This document shows, piece after piece, positions 1-9,327 of a stretch of 64,000 nt of DNA. Each line of letters begins with the position of its first letter. Position 1 is the stretch's first letter. Under the pieces are notes generated by a model. That model ran no database searches. It was not told the origin of the DNA and saw only the letters and a list, made by a program, of their open reading frames with translations. The position numbers and the translations under genes are program-made. Origin of the DNA: Synechococcales cyanobacterium VAR_4_metabat_354. Its GTDB lineage: Bacteria > Cyanobacteriota > Cyanobacteriia > Cyanobacteriales > Chamaesiphonaceae. Location of the stretch: assembly GCA_031414775.1 (NCBI GenBank), contig JANOQI010000016.1, positions 160,001 to 224,000 on the forward strand, in the 5' to 3' direction.

Positions 1-72
1 GGGATTTTGTCGGCGGGGATTGACGGGATTAAAGTTGCTGAAGCAGTGGCCTTAAGTATTCTGAAAAGCTAG
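1..72 (+). CDS. 3' end of NAD(P)/FAD-dependent oxidoreductase (partial)
   Basis: Frame 1 reads GILSAGIDGIKVAEAVALSILKS*, resembling the C-terminus of COG2509-type FAD-dependent dehydrogenases. Confidence 0.7.
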   Translation, partial: GILSAGIDGIKVAEAVALSILKS

Positions 73-256
73 AGAAAGAAAGGCGTGTACATCTGAGTGC
101 TCAACAAATTTGGAAGGTACTAAAAAAAGGCGAAAAGATTGAGCGTTATTGCAGCACTATGACAAAGTTAGGGCTAGTAGAAGAAAGTTTAAATAGTGAA
201 GCCTACTATTAAATGACAGAACCCAATAACGCTATAAATTAAGACCCGACTACTTA
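66..256 (+). mobile_element. possible IS630-family remnant
   Basis: Reads KLEKERRVHLSAQQIWKVLKKR ending in an A-run plus GG, resembling the end of an IS630 orfA HTH and its slippery site; no intact transposase. Confidence 0.3.
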
Positions 257-303
257 CCGCAGCCGAGTACTTAAGGTGATAGAGAAATTACAGGCAATGA
301 ATG

Positions 304-723
304 TTAGCCGATCCGGGGAGAAGACATTAAGTCAATCGCCACCAACGAGATTTTGTTTTGGGAATCTAAAGAGAACCGCCAAGCCATATTGAGACCAGGA
401 CTATCGCCAGACCAGGTAGTTTGCATCCTCCCAGTTACTCGCATCCTAGTCAGCTCATCATCTTGGTATGAAACCAAACCTTGGTCTGGCAATATCTTAA
501 TATTCTGGCATTCCGCTTCGAGATAGCTCAGAATCTGCTCTTTGCCCACGATGGGCTGTTGAAAGGGTGGTTGCAGAGCACCACCAGTCACAAACAGATC
601 GACTACGGCATCAAAATCATTAGCGTTCATACTACTCAAATATTCCAACACGGTGGAATTAGTAATGCTCTCGATCGCCCTTGGCGCTAGCAGAGTCATC
701 GCTGAGTCAATAGTAGATGTCAT
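304..723 (-). CDS. stand-alone OCP C-terminal (NTF2-like) carotenoid-binding domain protein
   Basis: Aligns by eye with the CTD of OCP at 2968-3918 (TVLEY, NANDFDAV, GALQPPFQxPIVGK, ECQN, QTxW, NMAWRF, VAIDL). Confidence 0.9.
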   Translation of the reverse strand: MTSTIDSAMTLLAPRAIESITNSTVLEYLSSMNANDFDAVVDLFVTGGALQPPFQQPIVGKEQILSYLEAECQNIKILPDQGLVSYQDDELTRMRVTGRMQTTWSGDSPGLNMAWRFSLDSQNKISLVAIDLMSSPRIG

Positions 724-954
724 TATTTCCTCATTTTCTTATGCAAGAGGTTTAACTACTTTAGCTACTAAATTGTGAGGAATTAGAAGCTCAGCAGTTA
801 CTGGCTATCTTATTATAAATATTTTATAAAGTTTATATTATCTTATACATTTTAAACATTTAGTTTTAAGTCATTATGATTAGGCCAAGATCATTATAAA
901 GCTCTCCCAGACTAATGAAGGAGAGCTTGAAAGCAACAAATTACACATGTATTA

Positions 955-991
955 AATGTATCAAAGATAACAAAGTTATCTTTGATACATT
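955..991 (-). terminator. perfect 17-bp inverted repeat downstream of linker gene
   Basis: aatgtatcaaagataac-aaa-gttatctttgatacatt. Confidence 0.55.
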
Positions 992-1027
992 GTTCTCAAT
1001 CTATTTATTAAATTCATTCTAAATTCA

Positions 1028-1900
1028 TTAGAATGTGCGACTGCGCCACTTATTTAAACGGTATTCAGCGATACTAGCTAAGGCTCGTGCTTCTGATAAT
1101 TGGGCAGTCAAATCATCATTGCCAATAGTCGGTGAGGTACCTTTGGATACCACAGCAGCTCCCACGTTAGCCAAAGGCCGCAATTCGTCAATTTGTTGTT
1201 GCAGCGTGGTACTTTGATTACTGATGGCACTCACTGGCTGAACGACAGGTGGCACATAAACAGGTGTCGCAACGATCGTACTGTGCTGAAACAGATTGGC
1301 CAACATTTGATTAACATCTGTGAACTGAGTGGGTCCCACGGCATTGTAAATCAATACTTTTTGCAGCTTTGGTACATTGCCAGTAGTTAAATCTTTATCA
1401 CTACTAGCTGCCCCGCCCATCAAAGAGCGCATATTAGTTACAGCTTGCATAGACAAGCCATTTTGGGTAGAAAAACCTCGTGCAAATGGCACGACGTTTT
1501 CACCGTAAAAGTTTTGATACTCATCGCTATCTAAATAACTATCAATTTCAGCATCATGGCCACCCTCATCAAGGATGGTGCTGTGGGTACGCATTTCTTC
1601 AAAATCATCGGGTGCTCGCCCTAACAAATGTTTAAAGTTCAGTTCGATCGATCGATAGCGGTAGCAATTATCAAAAAATCTCGACAGGTACAGCTCAGAC
1701 TTGGCAACCTGGCGTACAAACTCGCGCACGCTAATTTCTCTGGCCTTTAACTGCGATTCCGGAACGACGAGCCGCTCACTTTCCATCACATAGGCATTAC
1801 CTAACACTTGACGATAAACGGCATTAATTAAGGTCTCAACAGCAGTGCTGCCATCATCCGATGACAGCCACACAGAACTCTTCGCAAAACTGCTAACCAT
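1028..1900 (-). CDS. phycobilisome rod linker, CpeC-like N-terminal domain with atypical C-terminus
   Basis: PBS linker motifs [41 protein letters not shown]; no CpcD-like C-terminal domain. Confidence 0.85.
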   Translation of the reverse strand: MVSSFAKSSVWLSSDDGSTAVETLINAVYRQVLGNAYVMESERLVVPESQLKAREISVREFVRQVAKSELYLSRFFDNCYRYRSIELNFKHLLGRAPDDFEEMRTHSTILDEGGHDAEIDSYLDSDEYQNFYGENVVPFARGFSTQNGLSMQAVTNMRSLMGGAASSDKDLTTGNVPKLQKVLIYNAVGPTQFTDVNQMLANLFQHSTIVATPVYVPPVVQPVSAISNQSTTLQQQIDELRPLANVGAAVVSKGTSPTIGNDDLTAQLSEARALASIAEYRLNKWRSRTF

Positions 1901-1949
1901 CGCAATAGCTCCTGGTTTATGAAAGGTGTTTTTAAAGTTAAAACATCAA

Positions 1950-1974
1950 CACCTCTTGCCAGTGGCAAGAGGTG
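1950..1974 (-). terminator. intergenic hairpin between the two linker genes
   Basis: cacctcttgcca-g-tggcaagaggtg. Confidence 0.45.
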
Positions 1975-1998
1975 GAACAAGAAATTCTTAGCCTCGGA

Positions 1999-2760
1999 CT
2001 AAGCGATTTCTGTAATATTTAAAATTTTGCCGCCAGCTTTTTGAATGCTCTGGATTTTAGTCGAGAGCTGGGCATAGCTAATATCGAAAGATACACTGCT
2101 GCGGGCAGTACGGGAGGCATATTTAACACTGCTAGTTGCAATCCGAAAACGCTTACTAGTATTGCTATAACCACCAGAACCATTGCGAGGAGCACTAATT
2201 TTGGTTGCTAAGTTACCACCAATATCGCTGATGAGTTTGGCTGATTTACCAATATCATTAGCGGCAAAACCCCGATTGATCGCAAAAGTACGATTGAAGC
2301 CGACGTTTTTAATACCAGCTTGGGTCTGATTGCCGCGCACCGATGGTACAATCGCATCCCCAAAGTTGTCTACATACTCATTACTGTCAATATAAGAATT
2401 GATTTCAGCTTCATAGCCGTGATTGTTGTAGATTTGAACATGTTCAGCGATTTCGGCTTGATCTTGCGGTGCCCGACCGAGCAAATGCTTGAAGTTTAAT
2501 TCAATAAAACGATAAGCCGAGGAACTTTCAAAAAATAGTGATTTGTATAGATCAGAATTAGCTACTGCTCTGACAAATTCTCTGACGGTGATATCCCCGT
2601 TACGCAGTAAGGATTCAGCACTATCTAAACGCTGACTTTCCATCACATGAGCATTACCCAAAACTTGACGATAGGCGGCGCGGATCACGCCTTGCAGATC
2701 GTCTTCAGTGGCATTAGAACGCAATTCTACTTGATCGGAATTATTTATCCAAAGAGACAT
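1999..2760 (-). CDS. cpeE: phycoerythrin-associated rod linker, CpeE-like
   Basis: [14 protein letters not shown] start (ATG 2760), PBS linker domain plus CpcD-like tail KRFRI...[14 protein letters not shown]. Confidence 0.75.
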   Translation of the reverse strand: MSLWINNSDQVELRSNATEDDLQGVIRAAYRQVLGNAHVMESQRLDSAESLLRNGDITVREFVRAVANSDLYKSLFFESSSAYRFIELNFKHLLGRAPQDQAEIAEHVQIYNNHGYEAEINSYIDSNEYVDNFGDAIVPSVRGNQTQAGIKNVGFNRTFAINRGFAANDIGKSAKLISDIGGNLATKISAPRNGSGGYSNTSKRFRIATSSVKYASRTARSSVSFDISYAQLSTKIQSIQKAGGKILNITEIA

Positions 2761-2908
2761 GGTACTTATCCTTAAAATTTTCAAAAGCTGACTATCACAT
2801 TAAGGCAATATGAGAGCATGATGTATAAATGTTAAGTGCATCTTCACGCTTCAGAAGTTTTACTAACATTTATATTAAGGATTATTAAGACAATTTATTT
2901 TCAGCCTC

Positions 2909-2942
2909 AAAAAAACGCTCCAACCTAAGTAGGGGAGCGTTT
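2909..2942 (-). terminator. rho-independent terminator of ocp
   Basis: aaacgctcc...ggagcgttt stem; the A-run on + gives a U-tail on the minus strand. Confidence 0.65.
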
Positions 2943-2967
2943 ACAGCGTAATTTATTCTAATTGAAA

Positions 2968-3918
2968 TTAGCGAATGTAGTTCAATAGTTCTTTGGGGGA
3001 AGCTAATAGATCGATCGCTACGAAGAAGATTTTACCTTCGGGATCGAGTAAGAAACGCCAAGCCATGTTCATACCAACATTGGCACCAAACCAAGGAGTT
3101 TGCACTTTGCCAGTGACTTTAATCTGATTATAGCTACCTTCCGCTGGCTCAATGGTGCCCCGCTCCGGAATCAGCTTCAGGTTTTGGCATTCTTCTTGCA
3201 GGTAACGAAAAACAGCATCTTTACCAACAATCGGTCTTTGGAAAGGAGGTTGTAGAGCACCGTCGGTGTCAAAAAGAGCAATAACAGCATCGAAGTCATT
3301 GGCATTCATGTTGTTGATGTAGCTCAAGACGGTGGCATTATCTACGCCTTCGATCGAGACAGCTTTCCGCAGTGCTATTTCTTGAGGTAAAACCATCGGC
3401 TCAGATACTTTTGCCGCCCCTTCACCGATATAACCCATGTCTACTACGGTATTTCGTAATACCGTAATCTGTTGACCCTGCTCTAGATCACGAATGGCTT
3501 GTAGAATGGCGGATGCGTTGGCGGAAAGCTTATAGCCTTCTGGGATGGGGGCAACAAGACCTTCAGCCATCCACTCCCCTAATTGATACCAAAAACCTAA
3601 CTTGATGTTGGGAGTAAAAACACCGTAGGCACGACAGACTTCGTTGTCGGCGCGGTTCGCCAAGTCGCACATGGCTTGGGACTGTTCAGTGAAAGACATC
3701 GCCTTAATTTGGTTCAGCAAGCCCTGCGCCAAAATCATACTAGCAGCGCCCGGTGCCGCTACAGTAATGGTGGTACCCATTTCTTCGTAGGCAAACCAAA
3801 TTAGGGCTAACTGATCTTCAGCACTGAGTTGATTGAAGCGAGCGATCGTCGCTGGTACAGCATCAGCAGTCAGAGTGCCGGGGAAAATGCCGCGTGCAGA
3901 ATCAATAGTGAATGACAT
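2968..3918 (-). CDS. ocp: orange carotenoid protein
   Basis: MSFTIDSARGIFP, EDQLALIWFAY, NIKLGFWY, QQITVLRN, KVQTPWFG, VAIDLLASPKELL. Confidence 0.97.
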   Translation of the reverse strand: MSFTIDSARGIFPGTLTADAVPATIARFNQLSAEDQLALIWFAYEEMGTTITVAAPGAASMILAQGLLNQIKAMSFTEQSQAMCDLANRADNEVCRAYGVFTPNIKLGFWYQLGEWMAEGLVAPIPEGYKLSANASAILQAIRDLEQGQQITVLRNTVVDMGYIGEGAAKVSEPMVLPQEIALRKAVSIEGVDNATVLSYINNMNANDFDAVIALFDTDGALQPPFQRPIVGKDAVFRYLQEECQNLKLIPERGTIEPAEGSYNQIKVTGKVQTPWFGANVGMNMAWRFLLDPEGKIFFVAIDLLASPKELLNYIR

Positions 3919-3992
3919 ATAGCATTACTCCAAATTTTATAGCTTTATTTTATGTGTTGTTGAGCGGAAAGATAGCGAATATTCGCGAACTA

Positions 3993-4022
3993 GTTACATA
4001 CTTTATTACATTTTGTTAACAA
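3993..4022. promoter_or_regulatory. HLR1-like (RpaB) direct repeats upstream of ocp
   Basis: gttacata-cttt-attacatt-tt-gttaacaa, imperfect (G/T)TTACA(T/A)(T/A) repeats. Confidence 0.4.
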
Positions 4023-4042
4023 AAGTAAATATATCTTTACAA

Positions 4043-4732
4043 TTATTTAACAGATGGTAACTTATACCAAGGCAGCTGGGGATATTCATGATGCTCCCAG
4101 TGATAGCCAAAATGGTAACAGGTCAACAAAGACCACAGGGTTGATAAGTTGCTGCTGCGCGATCGATGTTCTCCCAAGTTGACTGGGGAATGATGGGGCA
4201 GAAAAGTACCAAAATAGAAGAGCTGGAGCGAGCTGAGCAAGATCGGCAGCACCCAGAACAACAGCAAGTTAGCGATCGATACTTGCCCGAACCAGTACAA
4301 ACAAATAAAAATAGTAGCCATTCCCAGCAGTAATGTCCAAACTTGTCGGCGCGGCACCCCGACTAAATAACCGCGCATAAATTGGAGATACCATTGCCCA
4401 ATCCCCTGTTCACAAAAATCTGGGTCTAGCTCAGTGGCTGGATGCTGGTGATGGAGCTGGTGTTTAGCTTGCAGGGCAGAATAGGACAAAAAAGCGTAGA
4501 GAGTAGTACAAAGTCTGCCAACGAAATGGTTTAGGCGGGGATGATCGATCGAGACTGTGCCATGCATCGCATCATGAGCCGTCACAAACAGTCCGGTATG
4601 GAAAAAAGTCCGCAGCGCAATCACCGCCAGGATTATCATTAGCGGACAGTGAGCAACATCCAGCCAACAAGCCCCCACCAGGCTTACTGTCCAAGCAGTC
4701 AATAGCAGCAAAGGAACCAGTAGGCCAACCAA
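4043..4732 (-). CDS. crtW: beta-carotene ketolase
   Basis: His boxes HDAMH, HQLHH, HWEHH; DPDF; LFYFGTFLPH; adjacent to ocp; TTG start with an in-frame stop just upstream. Confidence 0.9.
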   Translation of the reverse strand: MVGLLVPLLLLTAWTVSLVGACWLDVAHCPLMIILAVIALRTFFHTGLFVTAHDAMHGTVSIDHPRLNHFVGRLCTTLYAFLSYSALQAKHQLHHQHPATELDPDFCEQGIGQWYLQFMRGYLVGVPRRQVWTLLLGMATIFICLYWFGQVSIANLLLFWVLPILLSSLQLFYFGTFLPHHSPVNLGEHRSRSSNLSTLWSLLTCYHFGYHWEHHEYPQLPWYKLPSVK

Positions 4733-4944
4733 TATTTACACAAGAGAATAACGCCATCCTAGAGTCTAGCGGAAAAATTGGGCTTGGTCGGAATCTTCCA
4801 GCGTTCCGGTCGCGTCAGTTCTAGTTAAGTTCCTCACCACTGCGGGAGTAGATAGCAACCTTGATGCTAGGATTACACCGCAGCGATCAGTGCTCTGGTG
4901 CCACACCCAGATTGCGAATGTCCAAATCGTTTTTCTCTAAAAAT

Positions 4945-6720
4945 ATGAAATCAAAGTTTTTAGTATCCACAGGTCTGGTTCTGCTAGGAGTAATGGAGCT
5001 ATGTATATTAGCTGTTCATCCACAGACAGTCCAAGCTCAGCAGGGGGTCGCCGCCCATCAAGGGGTAGAAGTAGTAATCAATGGCAACAAAGTTGCCCTG
5101 CCCTGGCGCACGAATGGCAAAAAACTAGAACTGAGTGATACCGGATTGCTGTATCAGTTTGGCTTGGAATTACTAAATACCAGCAGTTACCGCCAGCAGC
5201 CGGTTGACGGTTATGCCAACGCCAAAATGAGTCTGTCTGCTAGTTTGAACAAGCAATATCGCTACTTAGATATCACGAAACTGGCAACAGCCAATAAGTG
5301 GAACTGGAAAACAACGGGTAAGCAACTGCAAATTAATACACCCAAACTGACGGTGGCGGATGTACAAGCCAATAATTTGGGGAGTGATCGAGGCCAAATT
5401 ACGATCAAGCTCGATGGTACTGTGCCCTGGCGATTGAGTCAGGATGCCACTGAGGGATTTTTGACTATTTATACTGCTGCTAAGCCGCAGCTAGTGACTT
5501 TAACTAGTCCTAGTTCTACCCCAACTCCGAGAAGCAATGAACCGGGCGATGAGCAAAAAATTACTAATACCAACTTTCAAGTAACCAGTACCGGCCAAAA
5601 AACCATAATTCAGTTTCCAATCAAACTCGGAACCAGAGCCAGAGCCAAAAATATTGCTGGTCGGCAGATTGCGATCGATATCACGCCCACTGCCATGACC
5701 GAAAGAAAAATTGCCTGGGCACCGGGATTGAATTGGCAGCAAAAATGGCAGCCGGTAGGCAAAGATCGTTTTCCAGTTTCCCTATTAGAACTAGATCCGC
5801 AGCAAGTGCAGCTCCGCCCCATTCTGCCCCAGCCGGATACGGTAGTCGGTAGCCAACCGATCAGCCTGATTACAGCTAATCAACAGGCCGCCGCCGCCAT
5901 CAATGGGGGTTATTTCAATCGCAATACTCGCCAACCCCTGGGGGCGATCAAAATAAATGGCAAGCTGCTCTCCAGCCCGATCTTGGGCAGAAGTGCTTTA
6001 GGCTGGCAAAAAAAAGATGGTTGGGAAATTGCTCGTTTCAGCTATGCCGAAACTATTAGTAATAGCCAAGGACAAAAGGTGAGTAATACCTTTCTGAACA
6101 GTGGCTACGCCCAAAATGGAGTAGCTAGATACACTACTGCTTGGGGTAAGGCTTATCAACCAATTACAAATAATGAGCTAGTGCTGACTGTCCAAAATAA
6201 CCAAATCACACGAGTTACGCCGCGCGGGGAAGCCAAGAGCGTGACTATTCCAATTCCGGCTAATGGTTACCTGTTGGTAGGTCGAGGCATTGGCACTTTG
6301 GAGGATTGGCAACCGGGTAGTAGTGTATCGATCACAAATGTGAGCAAGCCAGCAACATTCGATCGATATGCTCACATTTTGGGGGCAGGGCCTTGGTTAA
6401 TCCAAAATGGTCAGGTGGTCTTAGATGCCCAGGCCGAGAAATTCAGCGGCTCGTTTGGGATCCAGTCGGCGGCGCGCAGTGCGATCGCCTTTAATGCTCA
6501 GGGAAAAATCTTGATTGTGGCTGTGCACGATCGAGCAGGGGGCAAAGGTCCAACCTTGGCCGAACTCGCCCAACTCCTCAAACAAATGGGCGCAGTAGAT
6601 GCTCTAAATCTAGACGGTGGCAGTTCAACCAGTATGGTGGTGGGCGGGCAGTTGGTGAATAGGTCGCCCGCTACTGCGGCTAGGGTTCATAACGGCTTGG
6701 GTATTTTTTTGGAGCGTTAG
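4945..6720 (+). CDS. secreted phosphodiester glycosidase (NAGPA/DUF2233) family protein
   Basis: Signal peptide from MKSKF; AINGGYFN, GAGP, ARSA, ALNLDGGSST motifs; start uncertain (ORF open from 4861). Confidence 0.85.
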   Translation: MKSKFLVSTGLVLLGVMELCILAVHPQTVQAQQGVAAHQGVEVVINGNKVALPWRTNGKKLELSDTGLLYQFGLELLNTSSYRQQPVDGYANAKMSLSASLNKQYRYLDITKLATANKWNWKTTGKQLQINTPKLTVADVQANNLGSDRGQITIKLDGTVPWRLSQDATEGFLTIYTAAKPQLVTLTSPSSTPTPRSNEPGDEQKITNTNFQVTSTGQKTIIQFPIKLGTRARAKNIAGRQIAIDITPTAMTERKIAWAPGLNWQQKWQPVGKDRFPVSLLELDPQQVQLRPILPQPDTVVGSQPISLITANQQAAAAINGGYFNRNTRQPLGAIKINGKLLSSPILGRSALGWQKKDGWEIARFSYAETISNSQGQKVSNTFLNSGYAQNGVARYTTAWGKAYQPITNNELVLTVQNNQITRVTPRGEAKSVTIPIPANGYLLVGRGIGTLEDWQPGSSVSITNVSKPATFDRYAHILGAGPWLIQNGQVVLDAQAEKFSGSFGIQSAARSAIAFNAQGKILIVAVHDRAGGKGPTLAELAQLLKQMGAVDALNLDGGSSTSMVVGGQLVNRSPATAARVHNGLGIFLER

Positions 6721-7249
6721 CTTTTGGCCGCAAACTGAAGAAACCAATGCTGGGTGGTAGAGGTAAAACTAGATACCATCCCAGCACGGCTGGTTAGTAG
6801 AGAGGATCATCATAGGGGGGAATCGAATATTGCTCGTCAGCTGCCAAATTGTGAGCGAGAGATTGGCGCTGAGCGATTTTAAACCCTAAGAGTGATTCTA
6901 GAGTTTCAGCGACTTTTTGCGCCAGTAACGAAATTGTTAACATCATTTTTGTGACCCATATTATGTGTGGTAACTGGAAAATCAATCCAGGTAAATTGAA
7001 ACAATCAAGAATAAGTAGACTTCGATCTTCTTAACTTGGTCTTAATTAAAAAGATGAATTTTTGATGAATTTGTTTCTTGAGAAACGAACACAAATGCCA
7101 AAATGTGTCTATTCCGTGAGTGCTGACACTGATAGCTGGGTTTATTATCTGGAGTTGATTTGCTAAAAAGTGGCTGTCCCACTATATTTCTTGCAATGAT
7201 TAGGCTGTCAAATATTTGGGATGTTCTGGAAGGTAAATAAATGTTGAGC

Positions 7250-7388
7250 GAGCGGATGCGGAGTCTTACTTCCGTATCGGGAATCCCTATTCCTGCTTAG
7301 TGGTCGATCGAACGGTAATTCGGCATAATAAAAAAGCCGTCTGTGACCACTTACGATCATGAAAGCCTCTGATGTCACCGCCATCTCC
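7250..7388 (+). ncRNA. ssrS: probable 6S RNA (SsaA/SsrS)
   Basis: Long irregular hairpin: cggc/gccg, acgg/ctgt, agtggtc/gaccact, closing gcgg/ccgc. Blocks gcggagtcttacttccgtatcgg and aacggtaattcggc...gccgtctgtgaccact match my recollection of cyanobacterial 6S; ends approximate. Confidence 0.6.
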
Positions 7389-7856
7389 ACCTACACCCAA
7401 GACGATATTCAGCAGATTCTGCACCTAGCTCTGACCAAACAGAGTAGTAATGGTGATTTAGAGTTTTCCCATCAGCAATTGGTCGAAATTGCCGAAGAAA
7501 TGAATATTGGTCTAGATACCCTCCAGTCGGCCAAGCAAGATTGGCTAATCAATCAAAGCAGTAGCCAGCAGCGTATCGAGTTCGATCAACATCGCCAGCA
7601 AAAATTCAAAAAGAGCTTAGGCAAATACGCAATTGTTAATACCTTTTTGGTGGGTATTAATGTGTTGCTGATGGGCGGCGGTTTTTTGTGGTCGCTATAT
7701 GTTTTGGGCTTTTGGGGAATGGGGATGGCTTTGAAGGGTTGGAACCTGTATCATTTGGCAGGCGAAGATTACGATCGACAGCTGCAAAAATGGCACAGCA
7801 ATCGCAAAATTCGCCAGTCAGTGCATAGCCTCATTGCCAAAGTATTGCCTGGTTGA
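7359..7856 (+). CDS. 2TM domain-containing protein
   Basis: YTQDDIQQIL N-terminus, two hydrophobic segments with WSLY..WG motif. Confidence 0.8.
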   Translation: MKASDVTAISTYTQDDIQQILHLALTKQSSNGDLEFSHQQLVEIAEEMNIGLDTLQSAKQDWLINQSSSQQRIEFDQHRQQKFKKSLGKYAIVNTFLVGINVLLMGGGFLWSLYVLGFWGMGMALKGWNLYHLAGEDYDRQLQKWHSNRKIRQSVHSLIAKVLPG

Positions 7857-7872
7857 GTTTGGTTGGATTTGA

Positions 7873-9234
7873 TCAAATGCCGCGCAGCGTAAGCACTTGA
7901 GGCGGCGTAGCATCTGGCGGATATAGTAAATCCACTTGCACCATGTTTTTCCCTAATGGTGGCAAGGTTAAAGTCGTGAGCGGACTGCCCTGTTGACCGC
8001 GTTTTTGCACCAAGTGATAGAACTTAGTCTGGGTAGTGCCTTGGGCATTTTGATATTTAACTTTCACTGTGCCCCGCCAGAAAACGGGCTTAGGCAAAGG
8101 CTGTAAGAACCGCAAACCCCCACCATCTAGTTGATCTTGTTTGAGTGGTGTTTGAAGTGCCAAGGTGACAGTTTTAGCTTGCTTGGTCGGATTCGATAGC
8201 GGTAACTTGAGGCTGTACTGCACTCCATAATTACCGTGGGCTTGATAGGCCGTATCGGGATAGCGGACAGCCATCGGGGCACTCTGTACCTGATTAGTGC
8301 CAAAAGTCCCACCGGGCAAGGTCGCCAGCCCCCAAGAAATTGCTTTACCTTTGGGCGGCACTTGCAAAAATTTACTGCCCTTGTCTACCAATCTGGTTTG
8401 CCAGCGGGAGCCGATCGATACCCCGGCCACCCGGCCATAAATTCGCGCTTTATCGCTATCTGGTGGAGTTGGTGTGCGATCGCGTGGAGTCGAAAGATTT
8501 CCTTGCTCCAACACCTGCTGCCACTCCGTCATATTCGGTGCCCGCTCCTGACCCGCCGCATCTTGCGGTGCAAACAAAGCCATAATAGCCATCTGTACCG
8601 GGCCAGAGCTAAACAATCGCAAATAGCTCGATCGACCATTAATCGGCGGTGTGAGACTAGCCACTGGAATCGGTAGATTCATCAATAATTTACTGCCCCC
8701 GGCTGGAATGGTTATCTGAGCAGGAAAAATGCTCTGCCGCCCACCCCGCAAAACCTCACCCATCACCCGACTACCCGGTCCGGCGTAGATATTACCAGCG
8801 GCATTATCCAACTGAGTAGCTAGTTCGATAAAGGGCGCATCTGGTTGACTGAGATAACTAGCGCCCTGCAAAACTTTAATGGTGACAGATCGCTTGCCCG
8901 GATTTTTGACTAGTACTCCCAGATACAGAGTCCGTAAATTATCGGCGGGTTGGGCTTTGGCAACATGGTGAGCAAAAATATCAAAGTAGCCAGTCAGCGG
9001 ATAGTTCAAATGAGCCGCCGGATTCGCTTTGCCCTTACCCGGAAAGGTAGACAGCAAAATACCTTCTTGTAAGACTAATTCGGGACTATTGCTATTAAAA
9101 ACCGGTACATTATCCAACTTGCCAGGTAAAGGACGAACTTCTTGCATTTCCACAATCTCTTGTGGTTTAACTTCTGGAGGTTTGGGGGTAGGTGGAGCAG
9201 GCAATGTTTGGGCAAGTAAGAAAACTGGCAGCAT
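7873..9234 (-). CDS. DUF3370 family protein
   Basis: VPVFNSNSPE, GILLSTFP, AHGNYGV, YPPDATPPQVLT motifs. Confidence 0.85.
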   Translation of the reverse strand: MLPVFLLAQTLPAPPTPKPPEVKPQEIVEMQEVRPLPGKLDNVPVFNSNSPELVLQEGILLSTFPGKGKANPAAHLNYPLTGYFDIFAHHVAKAQPADNLRTLYLGVLVKNPGKRSVTIKVLQGASYLSQPDAPFIELATQLDNAAGNIYAGPGSRVMGEVLRGGRQSIFPAQITIPAGGSKLLMNLPIPVASLTPPINGRSSYLRLFSSGPVQMAIMALFAPQDAAGQERAPNMTEWQQVLEQGNLSTPRDRTPTPPDSDKARIYGRVAGVSIGSRWQTRLVDKGSKFLQVPPKGKAISWGLATLPGGTFGTNQVQSAPMAVRYPDTAYQAHGNYGVQYSLKLPLSNPTKQAKTVTLALQTPLKQDQLDGGGLRFLQPLPKPVFWRGTVKVKYQNAQGTTQTKFYHLVQKRGQQGSPLTTLTLPPLGKNMVQVDLLYPPDATPPQVLTLRGI

Positions 9235-9327
9235 ATTTGTGGTGGTAGATTGATTCCAGAGATTATATTAAGTTAGTTGATTGCTGATTATCAATCGACG
9301 TTCCCGCTCTTCATCCTTCTTATTTTC

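Noticed and set aside
6794..6985. Small minus-strand ORF in a long intergenic region
   Set aside because: No recognisable motif or clear RBS; cannot be supported, though a ~50-aa product from the internal ATG is not excluded
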